NCBI GenBank assembly: GCA_964016885.1 | Contig: OZ024742.1 | Coordinates: 356,500,001-356,564,000, forward strand | Direction: 5' to 3' | Origin: Eledone cirrhosa | Lineage: Eukaryota | Length of the DNA: 64,000 nucleotides | Shown: piece after piece, positions 11,631 through 24,479 of the stretch | Layout: every line of letters begins with the position of its first letter | How positions within the stretch are numbered: position 1 is the first letter of the stretch | Notes under the pieces: model-generated | What the model saw: the letters and a program-made list of their open reading frames with translations, nothing else | Told to the model about the DNA's origin: nothing | Database searches by the model: none | Program-made: the position numbers and the translations under genes

Positions 11631-12099
11631 AGAATTAATTAATAATTATTAATAATTGTTTCTACGTTGGGCACATACTACTGTACGTCTGTATACATAT
11701 ATGTATGTACGTATACATACTTATATATAGAGAAAATTATATATTATTTTGCGGGAGATCAATTATTTTAGTCGAAAGATCTGTGAATATTTGAATAACA
11801 AAAAGAGAGGAAAAACGTAATGTGCTTTTCGAAGAACTATCGTAAAGAGGATAAATTTTCAGAATGTCATTATACAATCTACATCTAAAAAAATATATTT
11901 AGAGGGGTGTCATTAGAAAAATAATGTCAGAATTAAAATAATGTCAGAATTAAAAATATTAAATATATATATTAAAAATATTAGAAACATTAGAGATATT
12001 TAAAAAAATTTAGAAATATTAAAAATATTAAAAATATTTAAAAGTTTACATTTAAATTTTTAAAAAAGATAGGATCATTTTGAAAGTGTATAGGAATAT

Positions 12100-13858
12100 T
12101 ATAAACTAAAAATAGTTCTGAACGTGGAATTTTGGCGATGTCTGCAAGAAGAAAATAATTCTGTTCTAAGATTAATAGAGTTTTGACAGTTAATTATATA
12201 AAAGATTTCTTCGATACACAATTTACAGAATGTTGATAAAGCCATATTTCGGTATGCAAGTGCTTTCGAAATCGTTCTCCAAGATATTGAATAGTCTATA
12301 TTGTTGTCTTTTAAGTTCCAAATTAGATGTGAAAATGAAGTAGAAGGTTTTTTATCAGATCTCCTAAATGTATGATTATGGTTATTCTAGCGTTCTTTAA
12401 ATTTTGTTGAAGTGGCACCAACATAGTTAAACATTTTGTCTCTAGTTTTAATGGTGCATTTATAAACTACGTTTTTGTCTAAACAATTATTTTGTAAAGG
12501 GCAGTTTGATTTGATTCTACAGTTATATTTACTGGAGTTATTGTTGTTCAGAACGGTACTATTATTCTGAATATTGTTGTTAGAAATATTATTATTGCTA
12601 TTTTGGTTAGTTTGGTTAGGGTTTAAATTTAAGTTTCTATTATTAATTCTATTTATATCTTGTGCTATGTTCATAGTAGTAGAGTAGGATAGTTTTATAG
12701 TGTGTTTGTTAAAAATAGAGTGGTATCTGTGGGCTTTAGGAAAACATTGATCTAGTTCTTTAAAAAATAGCTTTGCTAAGGTGTTTTAACGCTTAATTAG
12801 AATGGGGGAGAGTACCAAATAATATTTCTAGCTCTAGTTTTTTTGTTTGGTTTAGTGTTTAAGTTAAATTATTTATTATTATTATAATTAATACTAGGAT
12901 GATTTGTCATGTTATTATTATCTATGTATTTAATTCTATTTGAGTATCCTGCTCTATCTAAATCTTCATTATAATATTCAGCCTTAGCATCAAAAATATT
13001 TTTATTAACGGAGATGCGTGAAATCCGTTGTTGGACACTTTTGACAATAGTGTTTTAATACTTCTAGGATGATTAGAATTGAAACTTACATAATTTAGAT
13101 TTTCGTTAATTTTATGGAAAGGATAGGAAAGACCTGTGCTAAGGTTTAAGGTTACATCTAAGAAGTTAACGATTTTGTAGTTATTCTCTATTTCTAACTT
13201 AAGGTTGTAGTTGTTGAAAAATTATATTATGGATTTTCTTTTCCTATTAATTTCACTATTGCTATGGTTTTAAATTAATAGCAACATCTCGTCACGATAT
13301 AAACCTCCGGTCATCTCTGGCATTTTCCTATACAGTACATTATTAATAAATAATCCAACGAGGTCCGTTAGTTGCGCCGAGTCAGATGATCCCATAGTGA
13401 TATCAAAATTATTTTTTCTGTCGGCTCTTGTCCAGAGATGATTATTAAATTCAATTAGTGTTTTACGTGCTGTTAGAATTATATTACTTTCATCACTAAA
13501 TAAGTCTGTATGTAGATAAGTGTCTTATTAAGTAAACTAGGAGTAATAGAGGAGTAATAATTTGCAATATCCATGTCAATGAATTTTGTGTGATGTTTTA
13601 ATTTTATGTTATTGAACCAATCTATAACTTCATTAGTACCGTTCCATAGTTTAAGGTGTGATTTTTCTTTAAGTAGTGGTATAATTCTATGTAATATATG
13701 TTTGCTAATTATGCCTAAGTCATATTTAGATGGTACGATGAGTCTGACTGGTAGTTCAATTTCAAAATTTCTTTTGTGGTCCTTCAGGTTAATTTTCGGT
13801 TTTCTAGGTATAAAGGGTTCAGTCCTATTTTGGATGCCTAATTTATAAATAATTTCTA
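12100..13858 (-). mobile_element. Degenerate Penelope-like element (RT + GIY-YIG), Hydra-clade-like, 5'-truncated
   Basis: [81 protein letters not shown]. Confidence 0.85.
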
Positions 13859-14014
13859 TATATGTATGTATGTATATATATATATATATATGTATGTGTA
13901 TATGTATATATATGTATATATACATATATACATACATATATATATACATATATATAAGTATATATATATATATGTATATATGTATATATATATGTATATT
14001 TTATGTATATAGAT

Positions 14015-14277
14015 CCCCTTGATGACCTTGACCGACCAGATTGTCGGGCGCCATACGGCGCCGCTGGTCACAGAACGCCGTGCTATTTTAGCCATAAGTT
14101 AAAGCCATCCCACTGGTTGGGCGAGCAGGCTGGTAATAATTTCTACAGCTGAGTAAACCGGAGCAACCTGAAATAATGTGTCTTGCTCAAGGAAACAACA
14201 CATCACCCTTCCGAGAATGGAAATCAGACCGTTTCGATTGCAAGCCCAATGCTCTAACCACTAAGCCATGCGCCTTT
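14015..14277 (-). mobile_element. SINE with S1-type tRNA head and central block but a different 3' tail
   Basis: Reverse strand reads ggcgcatggcttagtggttagagcattggg...ccttgagcaagacac...actcagctgtagaaa, then an unrelated GC-rich tail. Confidence 0.8.
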
Positions 14278-14373
14278 ACATGTGTATATACATATATATA
14301 TATATACACATGTACATACATATATATATACATATACATATATATATATACATATATAATCATATATATATAC

Positions 14374-14410
<37 letters not shown>

Positions 14411-14499
14411 TATAAATATATATACATATATACATATATATACGTATATATATACATATACATATATTTATATATATACAACATATACATATATTTATA

Positions 14500-14569
<70 letters not shown>

Positions 14570-14617
14570 TATATATGTATATATATATATATACATATAA
14601 ATATATTTATATATATG

Positions 14618-14648
<31 letters not shown>

Positions 14649-14671
14649 TTATATATATGTATATATATATA
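14278..14671. repeat. (TA)n-type microsatellite
   Basis: Direct reading. Confidence 0.97.
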
Positions 14672-14790
14672 TATAAACGTTTGTATATGTATAATAAAGC
14701 CAAAACAATGCAGGTATGGACATAGAATAAAAATGCAAATGCAAAAGATATTGTTGACAATTAGTCTTTTACCTTAGATTTATTTAAATG

Positions 14791-14828
14791 TCCTTAATTT
14801 TCGAGATAATATCTCTTCTTCAGAGGGA
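14791..14828 (-). ncRNA. Minimal hammerhead motif in inverted pLTR
   Basis: cct CTGAAGA a gagat-att-atctc GAAA at TA agg. Confidence 0.6.
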
Positions 14829-15512
14829 AGTAAAGCTCTCAAACCAGTGTTCTAAATAGCTTGCCAAGTCATGCTGACAGGAAATGGTATCGAGTATCTG
14901 TTCTATCTCTAATGTCAAAGAGTTAAAATTAGGTGGATAAAGAGTAGTCTCCCTTTAAAAGGTGTTTGTTTTTGTTTTTTGTTTTTTTTTATACATGCCT
15001 GTTTAAGTGTGTGGGAGAATGCACCCGCTTACACATCCACTTATTCTCTCTCACACATACACACACAAAACCAGTTCTAACGCCAGATAACATCTATCCC
15101 CACGTTTACGAATAGACATATCTTCTCACACTCACACACACACACTCACATACTTACACCTTCATGCATTCTCCCACACACTTAAACAGGCATGTATAAA
15201 AAAACCAAAAGAAAACTCCCCCAAAAAACCCCTTTTAAAGGGAGACTACTCTTTATCCACCTAATTTTAACTCTTTGACATTAGAGATAGAACAGATACT
15301 CTATACCATTTCCTGTCAGCATGACTTGGCAAGCTATTTAGAACACTGGTTTGAGAGCTTTACTTCCCTCGAAGAAGAGATATTATCTCGAAAATTAAGG
15401 ACATTTAAATATATCTAAGGTAAAAGACTAATTTGCATTCTTTATTCTATGTCCATACCTGCAATTTTTTGGCTTTATTATACATATACAAACGTTTATA
15501 CCTCATTACACA

Positions 15513-18092
15513 ATGCTTCAAGTGAACTATAACCTCCTCCTTTCCTTACGCCTGAGCCAGGCCCAGTTCACAACTGTAAAGAAACTCTTCCAGCTATCTG
15601 AAAAGCGCGCCAAAGCCGCCTGCCAAATAAACTTCCTAAAACGATGCCTGAATAACAACATCATCCCCAAAACTATCAAAAATTTGCACCTACCAACATG
15701 CTTCAAATCACCAGGCCTCAAACGATCACTTAGTTACATAAAATATTCTGCCTAAGAAAACTCATACAACACCTACACCGCACGCTACAACATCACATAC
15801 GGACTATCTCCAGCCTTGTACCACAACTCGCTGAAACCCCAGAACCTCTGTCCAAGGTCATCTCCGCCACTATAGACAGGTCATACCACCATCGCCGAGA
15901 CTACGAGAAAATACGTCTAACGCAAAAATTTCTCAAACTCAGGACGGCCAACTGTCTTAACAACATTCCAACTCTAAACACCAACAGAGGCGAACAAGAC
16001 GGTACCAACACCGAACCTAGCGGCGCCCCGACCAACAACACACCTGACGCAAAACACCTCGTCACAGACTTGACAGGATCCCTCTCCCGAGAGGAATTAG
16101 ACCTCCTCAGCCTGGGTCCCAAGTTCATATTGAAACAGAGACTGGACGACAAATTATGGCTCGACATAAAAACGAATTTCTGTCGGGCTGCCTACCAACT
16201 AAAATGGATATCTACTCTCGGCAACAACACCACGGAATCTATCAAACCCAGATTCCCGATATACCAACTGGATCGCCCACTCTGTCCACCCCCTGCCAAC
16301 CGCGAGCTTGAAGAAAAACTCTCGAGGCTAAAACATTCCGTATTTAACATCTTACGGAAACAGAAGAAGACAGCCCCAAACCTCTCCAGGACACAACAAC
16401 TCGCCCTGAAGAACCTACGGAATAGGGAACTTATATACTTACCATCCGACAAAGGTAAAGAGTTTTGCGTCATCTCTCAAGCCACATACAACAACCTTGC
16501 CTTTGAACACCTAAGCGACAATGAATTATACACAGAGATCCCGGACATGACTGCAGCCCAGATCGAAAAACAGACCAACTCCATCTGGTTCGATATCTGT
16601 AGGAGAAGACAACTCCCAAATAAAGTTAAGCTCAACTTCACCACTAGAAATAGCAGACTGCCCACTTTCTACCACCTCATCAAGACCCACAAAAATTGTA
16701 CTAAGACGTCAATAAGACCCATCGTCTCTAGCATAGAAGGACCCCTATACAAAATTTCCTGGCTCCTCTCCCACGTCCTCAAGCCTCTACTCTCCATCTT
16801 TCCCGGGCATGTCAGTAGCTCCGACGAAGTTATACGTAGACTACACCAACTCCAGCCAGAACAACTTAAACTAAATAAATACGCCTTTAGCCTCGACGTT
16901 GTCTCCCTCTACACTACAGTCCCCGCTCATTCAGCTGTCGATTTATTGACGGACTGCGTGGTCGCAGAGGACATCCACTGCTACGGCCTCCACCCGACGG
17001 ACATACACCAGCTTTTGTCCTTCACAGTAGACAACACGTACTTCACCTTCCACCACCACACATACAAACAGACAACAGGATTACCCATGGGATCCAGCCT
17101 ATCGGGCCTGCTGGCCATCACCTACATGAACCAGCTAGAATGCCGAGCCCTCTACACCTGCCATTCCCATACCTTCTTCACCCGATATGTAGATGACATA
17201 CTCATCCTTAGATCATCCCGTGAGGAGGCAGATAAAATATACACAACATTCTCCAGCATGAACGCAAGTATAAAGTTCAGCATGGAACACCCCGATGACC
17301 GCGGATCCCTATCCCTACTGGACTTCCAACTCAGGGTAACAGAGGAAGGCAACATCCACACCTACTTCTATAAAAAAGCCGCCAGCAGGGACCTGTTCGT
17401 ACATTTCAGATCGGCCCTCCCACTCGGTGCCAAGTTCGGATACATAAGGAACAAACTGGCACGTATCCGGAACAAATGCACCGACGCTAGAGACCGAGAC
17501 ACACACACTACACATTTCCTGGAAGTACTCAAACTGAATGGATACACGACATCCACCACAAACCGTGCCAGAAAGAACAGAGGACACCACACCCGAGGCA
17601 CTAACACTTGCTTCCTGAAGCTCCCACACTTCAGTGAAGAACAACAACAGCCATCCGCAGAGCTATCAGACGAGAGGGACTAGATATCCAACTGGCCCAC
17701 TCAGGTCCTTCTCTACGCGGACAGCTAACCAAAAGACACTCCACCAGACATGATAACTGCTGCAGACTAGCAAAATGCCCCATCAACGACACAGAACTAT
17801 GCCACCAGGCTTACGTCGTATACAGACTAGAGTGTGACAAATGCAACAACTTCTACGTAGGTAGCACCACCAGACCACTCCACATAAGAATAAAAGAACA
17901 CCTCAATACTAACGCTTCCTCGTTTAAGAAACACCTAGTTAAATGCAAAAACACCGACAAAACCATAACAGTTAGGATAGAAACTAAGGAAAGAAACCTC
18001 GGCAATCTTAGAATTAAGGAAGCACTAATTATAGATAAAACGCACCACCAATCAATAATAGACTAGAACTCAACACCCAATTTATAACCTGA
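15513..18092 (+). pseudogene. PLE reverse transcriptase + GIY-YIG endonuclease ORF with ~3 frameshifts
   Basis: ATG at 15513; LSLGPKF, SDKG, SLDVVSLYT, GLPMGSSLS, RYVDD, LSLLD in ORF 16070-17683; downstream frame CRLAKCPINDTELC..VVYRLECDKCNNFYVGSTTRPLHIRIKEH. Confidence 0.92.
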
Positions 18093-18512
18093 TAGAGTTT
18101 CTAGCCCCATATTTACAAACACTCCACACACACACGCGCACGCACGCACACAAACACACACACACACACACACACGCTTACACCTCCACTTATTCTCTCT
18201 CAAACATACACACACAAAACCAGTTCTAACACCAGATAACACCTATCCCCCACATTTACGAATAGACATATCTTCTCACACTCACACACACACACTCACA
18301 TACTTACACCTTCATGCATTCTCCCACACACTTAAACAGTCATGTATAAAAAAAAAACCAAAAAAACAAAAACAAACCCCTTTTAAAGGGAGACTACTCT
18401 TTATCCACCTAATTTTAACTCTTTGACATTAGAGATAGAACAGATACTCTATACCATTTCCTGTCAGCATGACTTGGCAAGCTATTTAGAACGCTGGTTT
18501 GAGACCTTTACT

Positions 18513-18550
18513 TCCCTCTGAAGAAGAGATAATATCTCGAAAATTAAGGA
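18513..18550 (+). ncRNA. Minimal hammerhead motif in 3' pLTR
   Basis: cct CTGAAGA a gagat-aat-atctc GAAA at TA agg; position in a PLE pLTR fits established PLE biology. Confidence 0.62.
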
Positions 18551-18754
18551 TATTTAAATAAATCTAAGGTAAAAGACTAATTGTCAACAATATCTTTTGC
18601 ATTTGCATTCTTTATTCTATGTCCATACCTGCATTATTTTGGCTTTATTATACATATACAAACGTTTATACCTCATTACACAATGCTTCAAGTGAACTAT
18701 AACCTCCTCCTATATATATATATATGTATATGTATATATATATGATTATATATG

Positions 18755-18787
<33 letters not shown>

Positions 18788-18887
18788 GTATATGTATGTG
18801 TATATATATGTATATATAATCAAGGTTTAGCAAATAAGAAACAGTTTAAAAATAAATTTTTTAAAGTTCACTGTACCTGCTGTAATT

Positions 18888-18972
18888 ACCATTACCGTAC
18901 GGTTTCAAGTCTAGAAATAAATGGATAATCCATACGGGAATCCATTGAAAAGGAATAGTTTCGTCAGAGGGT
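18888..18972 (-). ncRNA. Candidate type-I hammerhead with long domain II
   Basis: accct CTGACGA [54 nt incl. aatggat/atccatt stem] GAAA ccgtacgg TA atggt. Confidence 0.5.
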
Positions 18973-19067
18973 TCTTTTCGCTCGGAGATAATAACATTCC
19001 CGAGTTCAAATCACGAACTGGCGCAATTCAAAATTGTTCCAGAGATGAGAGTGTATGATGAAGAAAC

Positions 19068-19360
19068 ATATATATGTATATATGTATATATATATGTATA
19101 GATATATATCTGTATATATATATATATATATGTATATGTATATATATAAGTATATGTATATATATGTATGTATATGTGAATATATATATGTGTATGTATA
19201 TATATATGTATACATATATGTATATATATATATATATATGTATATATATGTGTATTTATATATATATGAGTATGAATATATATATATGTATATGTATATA
19301 TCTGTGTATGTATATATATGTATACATATACATATGTATATATATGTATATATATGTATG

Positions 19361-19393
<33 letters not shown>

Positions 19394-19679
19394 GTATATA
19401 TATATATATGTATGTATATGTATATATATATATATATATATGAATATGTATATATATGAATATGCATATATATATATATGTATATGTATGTATCTGTATA
19501 TATATATGTGTATATATGTATATATATATATATGTATATATATATGTATGTATATATATATATGTATGTATATATATATATATGTATGTATGTATGTATG
19601 TATATATGTATGTATGTATATATGTATGTATATATGTATGTATGTATATATGTATGTATATATATACATACATACATAT

Positions 19680-19714
<35 letters not shown>

Positions 19715-19715
19715 C
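19068..19715. repeat. (TA)n/(TATG)n microsatellite
   Basis: Direct reading. Confidence 0.97.
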
Positions 19716-19719
19716 ATTC

Positions 19720-20102
19720 TGTCAAGGCAGAATTCTAGGAGAAGGAAAACTCTGATATAACACATACAACTCTGATGGTATCCAATGATGTTGACTTGTT
19801 CTTCTTTTTGGTAAATATCATCTTGGTCAAGTGAGTGGGACTGGCTTTGTGCAGTGCCTTTGCTCACTGTAAAAGCTTCACGACACAGGCATTGCTTTAT
19901 ATCTGGAGGTCTCTCTGCACTTGTCGTCAGATGGTACCATGGGACCAGCACTATGTGTCAATAATTGTCACAAGTGTAGTGTTGGTACCAGAGTTTTCAA
20001 GTCGGTGGCTGGACTAAAAAGTCTCACTCGTTCAGCGCATCGGTAGGGGTTCTCCTACATGGATATAAAGTAGTGGCCGTAATCGAACACGAGTTGGCAG
20101 CC

Positions 20103-20106
<4 letters not shown>
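19720..20106 (+). mobile_element. Short non-autonomous RTE-like element (5'UTR-like part + decayed C-terminal zinc finger + tail)
   Basis: First half matches 11436-11630; second half reads [25 protein letters not shown]; flanked by (TA)n. Confidence 0.5.
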
Positions 20107-20167
<61 letters not shown>

Positions 20168-20234
20168 GTATATATATACATATATATATATATGTATATA
20201 TATGTACATATATATATATGTATATATATATAAC

Positions 20235-21314
20235 TGAGGATGTGTGTCTGTGTGTGTGTGAGTTCGAATCCGTAAAACTCGTGAACCATCCAACCGACTG
20301 TTTTCAAAATTTACACATGTAATAAGGGAGTTTTCTGAGCAAAAATATTTTCTATGCCCCAGGGACCACATTAGGCGATTTAGCGATCTCGCTCTATAAT
20401 TCTTAGTCTTTTTCCTTTTAGATAAATACATACATATAACGTGGTGCCCTTATAATATCTGTCTGTATGTCTGACTGTCTGCATTACGTCACTTCCTTGA
20501 GGATGTCTGTATGTGTGCGTGTGTGTGTGAGTTTGAATCCCTAAAACTCGAGAAATGCCCAACTGATTTTTTTCAAACTTTACATGTGTATTACTTATGC
20601 TTCAGGGAGTGTTATGCACATAACAAATTCAACTTTTTTTTTTATTTCCTAGGGCATTAGATGAAAATCTGCATTGTTTAACATTTTTAGAGGTTTTTTG
20701 ATGCGTTACGTCAGACCGATTTCCTTGAAATTGTAACTATATATTAGTCAGTCTCTTCTTCATACCGTAAGCAAAGAACATCCAACATTCTTATGGCCTA
20801 GGGCCCGCATTATGTGAAAAACTTCATTTTTCAGCTTGTTAGGGCTTTTTGGAGGCGTTACGTCTAGCTGATTTTCCCGAAATTTCAAGGCATATTATGC
20901 ACATAAAAAAAATTCATTTTCTTGATCCCCTAGGACCCGCAGTAGGTGAAAACCTGAATCTTTTCTGCTTCATCGAGGGAAATCTTAAATATTATCCAGC
21001 CATCGGTTTACTTTTTTACATATTGTCCAGGCATGCAGTTTTTAGGTCTATTGGCGACCCACGTTCCAAAATACCTTATCCCGTGCAACGCCGGGTACCA
21101 CAGCTAGTATATGTATATATATATGTATATATATATATATATGTATATTTATGTATATGTATATATGTATATATATATATAAATATATATATAAATATTA
21201 TCAAGCCATCGCTTTATTTTCTTTACATATTGTCCAGGCATGCAGTTTTTAGGTCTATTGGCGGCCCGCGTTCCAAAATACCTTATCCCGTGCAACGCCG
21301 GGTACCACAGCTAG
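20235..21314 (+). mobile_element. Non-autonomous Helitron-like element with duplicated 5' block and duplicated 3' terminus
   Basis: 3' hairpin cccg-tgcaacgc-cggg then CTAG|T at 21104-21107 and again at 21311-21314; repeated gaggatgt..(gt)n..gaatcc.taaaactcg blocks at ~20237 and ~20500. Confidence 0.7.
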
Positions 21315-21449
21315 TATATGTATATATATATGTATATATATATATATATATATGTATATTTATGTATATGTATATATGTATATATATGTATATATATATG
21401 TATATTTATGTATGTATATGTACATGTATGTATATGTATATATATTTTT

Positions 21450-22990
21450 ATAACTTTGAAATGTTTTGGCCAGTATTGGCCCAGGCCATGTCTAACTTAA
21501 TGAAGTCTTTCAATTCAGGATTTGAGAATCATGGCTCATTGGAGAAGAGAATTACTGTTTGCGGAGACATATCCGTGTGTGGGTGGTTTGTCCGGGATTA
21601 CTTGGAGGAATTTGTCCAAAGACTTCTTGAATTCTGTGTGGTCAGTTTCTGTTTCGACGTGTCCTGGTGTGATGTTGAAGAGAGCAAGGCCAATTGACGT
21701 GAAATAATTGTGCCGTATTGTTGTTATGAGTTGCGATTTAGATTTTTGTTTGGGACGTATAGCACGGGGCCCAAGCCTTGGGTGTATCTTGAAGGTGATG
21801 CCAACATCATTTGGGCAGTGCTGATGAAACATTTTCCACATCATGCAGATAATATAACGCTCACAGCGACGTTGGAGTGAGAAAAGTTTCAGCTTTTCTA
21901 GTCGACCCCAGTAGTCAAGGTCTGACATGCCATCTATCTTTTTCGTGATTGCCCTTTGGGGAGCTTCAAGTTTCATGATATTTTGTTTCGTGTGGGGAGA
22001 CCACAGTGGACAACAGTATTCAAGGTGTGGTCGAGCAAAAGTGGAGAAGAGAAGGATAATGGTGTGGGTATCTCTTGACTGGAAGGTTCTGAGGATCCAG
22101 GAACACATTCTGCGGGCCATGTCAACTTTGCTGCTTATATGCGTGGCCCAGCTTATGTTGCTGTCCACGGTTACTCCCAAGTCTCTGATGTTGTTAGATG
22201 CCACGAGAGTTTCACCGGAAGGAAGGGACTACGGGAGTTTCAGAGCATCCTCTTTTGCAAAGTGGATCAGTTCGAATTTGTCTTCGTTCAGTAACATGTT
22301 GTTCTTTTCCGCCCATTGAGTAACAGCCAGTAGGTCTGACTGAAGGCTTATCCGGTCATCCACACCATTGATGACCTTCTGGAGCTTGGAATCTTCAGCG
22401 AAAATTCTAATGTTGCTGTGTTTGATGATGTCAGTGATGTCATAAATATAGATGATGAAGAGAAGTGGGCCCAACACAGTGCCTTGTGAGACCCCACTAC
22501 TGACTTTGGCTGGGCTGGATTTGACTCCTTCGACTACATGTAGGGTTCTGTTTGACAGGAAGCACTTGATCCACTGCAGCAGCTTTCCAGTGACACCAAT
22601 ATTGTACAACTTTCTCAGTAGAATGTTGTGATCAACCCTCTCAAAGGTTTTGCTGAAATCAAGGTAGATAACATCAGTGTTGGAACCCTCTCCCAAGGCT
22701 CTCAAAATGTCATCAAAGTGATGCAGTAGCTGCGTCAGGCAATCCCTTCCATTACGGAATCCATGCTGGTTGGAGTTCAGCATATTGTTACGCTCAAGGA
22801 AGTGAGTCATTCGCGATATAACCACTCTCTCAAATACCTTAATGATATGAGAGGTGAGTGAGATTGGACGGTAATTCATGGCAAGGGATTTGTTTCCTTT
22901 TTTGAAAACTGGGACAACAGACTGGGATAGAAGGTTTTCTGGCACATATCCAGCATCCAGTGAGTTCCGCCACAGATTGGCAAGAGGAGA
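21450..22990 (-). mobile_element. LINE family A, copy 2 (3' 1.5 kb including 3'UTR)
   Basis: 21920-22990 near-identical to 1-1074; ORF end SANSNSLLQ* at 21536; homology stops sharply at 22990. Confidence 0.95.
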
Positions 22991-23374
22991 TGCATCGGGG
23001 TAGGCGAAGGGGAAAAGCAGACGAGGAAGAAAATAGGGGTGGAAGGAAGTGATAGGATGAGACAGGGGGAAGAAGAAGACAAAGAGGAAAAGAAAAGAGA
23101 TACATCTACCTAAGTAAGCTGGGGTTTCCCCTAACTTATTCGGCAAGTAGGGGGGTATCAGCCCTTGTTAACCCAGCCGAGTCCTTATGGGGTTTGAGGG
23201 TGACGTAAGTATTACGCAATTTGTGTTTGCATGTGGTTACCTGTTTCTCTTTCTTGTTTAGAGGCAAATTCAGCCACCCCTACCTCCCACCAAATGCCAT
23301 GATAGACTTATTTGTGTTTACAACAAATTTTAACCAATCCTCTTGACAACTACAATCTTCCCATATAAGGAAGT

Positions 23375-23471
23375 ACCACCTTGAAAAGTTCCGCTATTTA
23401 TTCACCAGGCTAAACATTCTAATTTAGTCCAGAAATAGCCGTCGAAACGGCTTGAGCTCTGCCGTCGGGGT
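23375..23471 (+). ncRNA. Candidate non-canonical type-I hammerhead (UUGAAAA core)
   Basis: accacc TTGAAAA g..gctattt...aaatagc..c GAAA cggc-ttgagctct-gccg TC ggggt. Confidence 0.68.
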
Positions 23472-23475
23472 CATA

Positions 23476-23528
<53 letters not shown>

Positions 23529-23859
23529 CAAGCAGATCAGGGTATATATAATTATCTATGTATTTAATTACTGTTATAAGTTTTCATGATTATTTTAACG
23601 TTGTTTTTAAAAGTTTTTTTTTTCCTTCATGACTATTATCACGAGGTGATAATAGTCCTTTTACTATCTATTTGTATTATTCTAGCTCTATTCTTATTGT
23701 GTATGTTTTCTTTTTGTGATGATAAATTATATCTAGTGAAGTATCTATAGTTGTTAACGTAAATATTATATTATTTCTAAATATTAATTACTATTTTAGG
23801 CTTACTTGATAACGTTTTCTCTTATATTTTAAATGCTATTATTGCAAATTCTCTAAGGG

Positions 23860-24050
23860 TGGTGGATTGGCAATATCAGTAGAGGGTCGGACGCCATGCT
23901 TTGCAGCAAAGAGTTACGGCCCTTTATGGTCTCAGTTCAAATCCCGCCGAGGGTAATTTTGACTATCATCCTTACGGGGTCGATAAAATAAAGTACCAGT
24001 TATACACTGGAATAATTGCTGGCGTTGTGCCAAAAGTATAAACAATTATT
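23860..24050 (+). mobile_element. tRNA-derived SINE family S2
   Basis: ggattggca.tatc.gtagag...agttcaaatcccgccgagg...catccttacggggtcgataaaataaagtaccagt; copies at 34160, 51085, 56943. Confidence 0.88.
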
Positions 24051-24479
24051 GTAACTTCTCTAACGAAGCTAGAACATATCGCCTATTCGTATATTGAAAC
24101 ATATAAAGTAAATTACTTGCATTTAATTGGACTTTGATGAGCTATCCTTCCAAGGATGAATCTCTTTTATCCCTGGTTAATTTAGAGGAATGGTCGCAAA
24201 TCTATAAAATATCTTAAGAATAATCCCACATTATTCTTGATAACGTGTGATATGATATTAATTAATTTATGATATTAAATAATTTTATTATATATATTTC
24301 CTGAAGATATACGATTTGAATAAAACACCTATAATGTAGTCAATAATTAACTGGTTGTATCCAGTTTTCTCCATAAAAAGATGTGATATAGTTGCAAATG
24401 TACGTAGCAACATGTAAATAAATAATAATATACTATCTTTCGCTTTCTTAAATTTTGAATTGTATATATATATATATAT

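Larger units (their letters stand above)
14672..18710 (+). mobile_element. Full-length Penelope-like element: inverted partial pLTR + pLTR + RT/GIY-YIG ORF + pLTR
   Basis: 14672-15023 is the reverse complement of ~15165-15500. Direct repeats at ~15026-15540 and ~18175-18710. Flanked by (TA)n on both sides. Confidence 0.95.

Noticed and set aside
11815-11870. Hammerhead-like CTGAAAA...GAAA on the minus strand downstream of the Hydra-like PLE
   Set aside because: C3/A8 mismatch and no stem I or III pairing.
15513-18092. Selenoprotein-type PLE with in-frame UGA codons
   Set aside because: The disruptions are frameshifts; the Cys positions I checked in the linker and GIY-YIG region are TGC/TGT.
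20849-21697. 282-aa ORF with an internal repeat
   Set aside because: Chance read-through of Helitron ends, (TA)n and antisense LINE.
24302-24345. CTGAAGA core motif
   Set aside because: No downstream GAAA or supporting stems.
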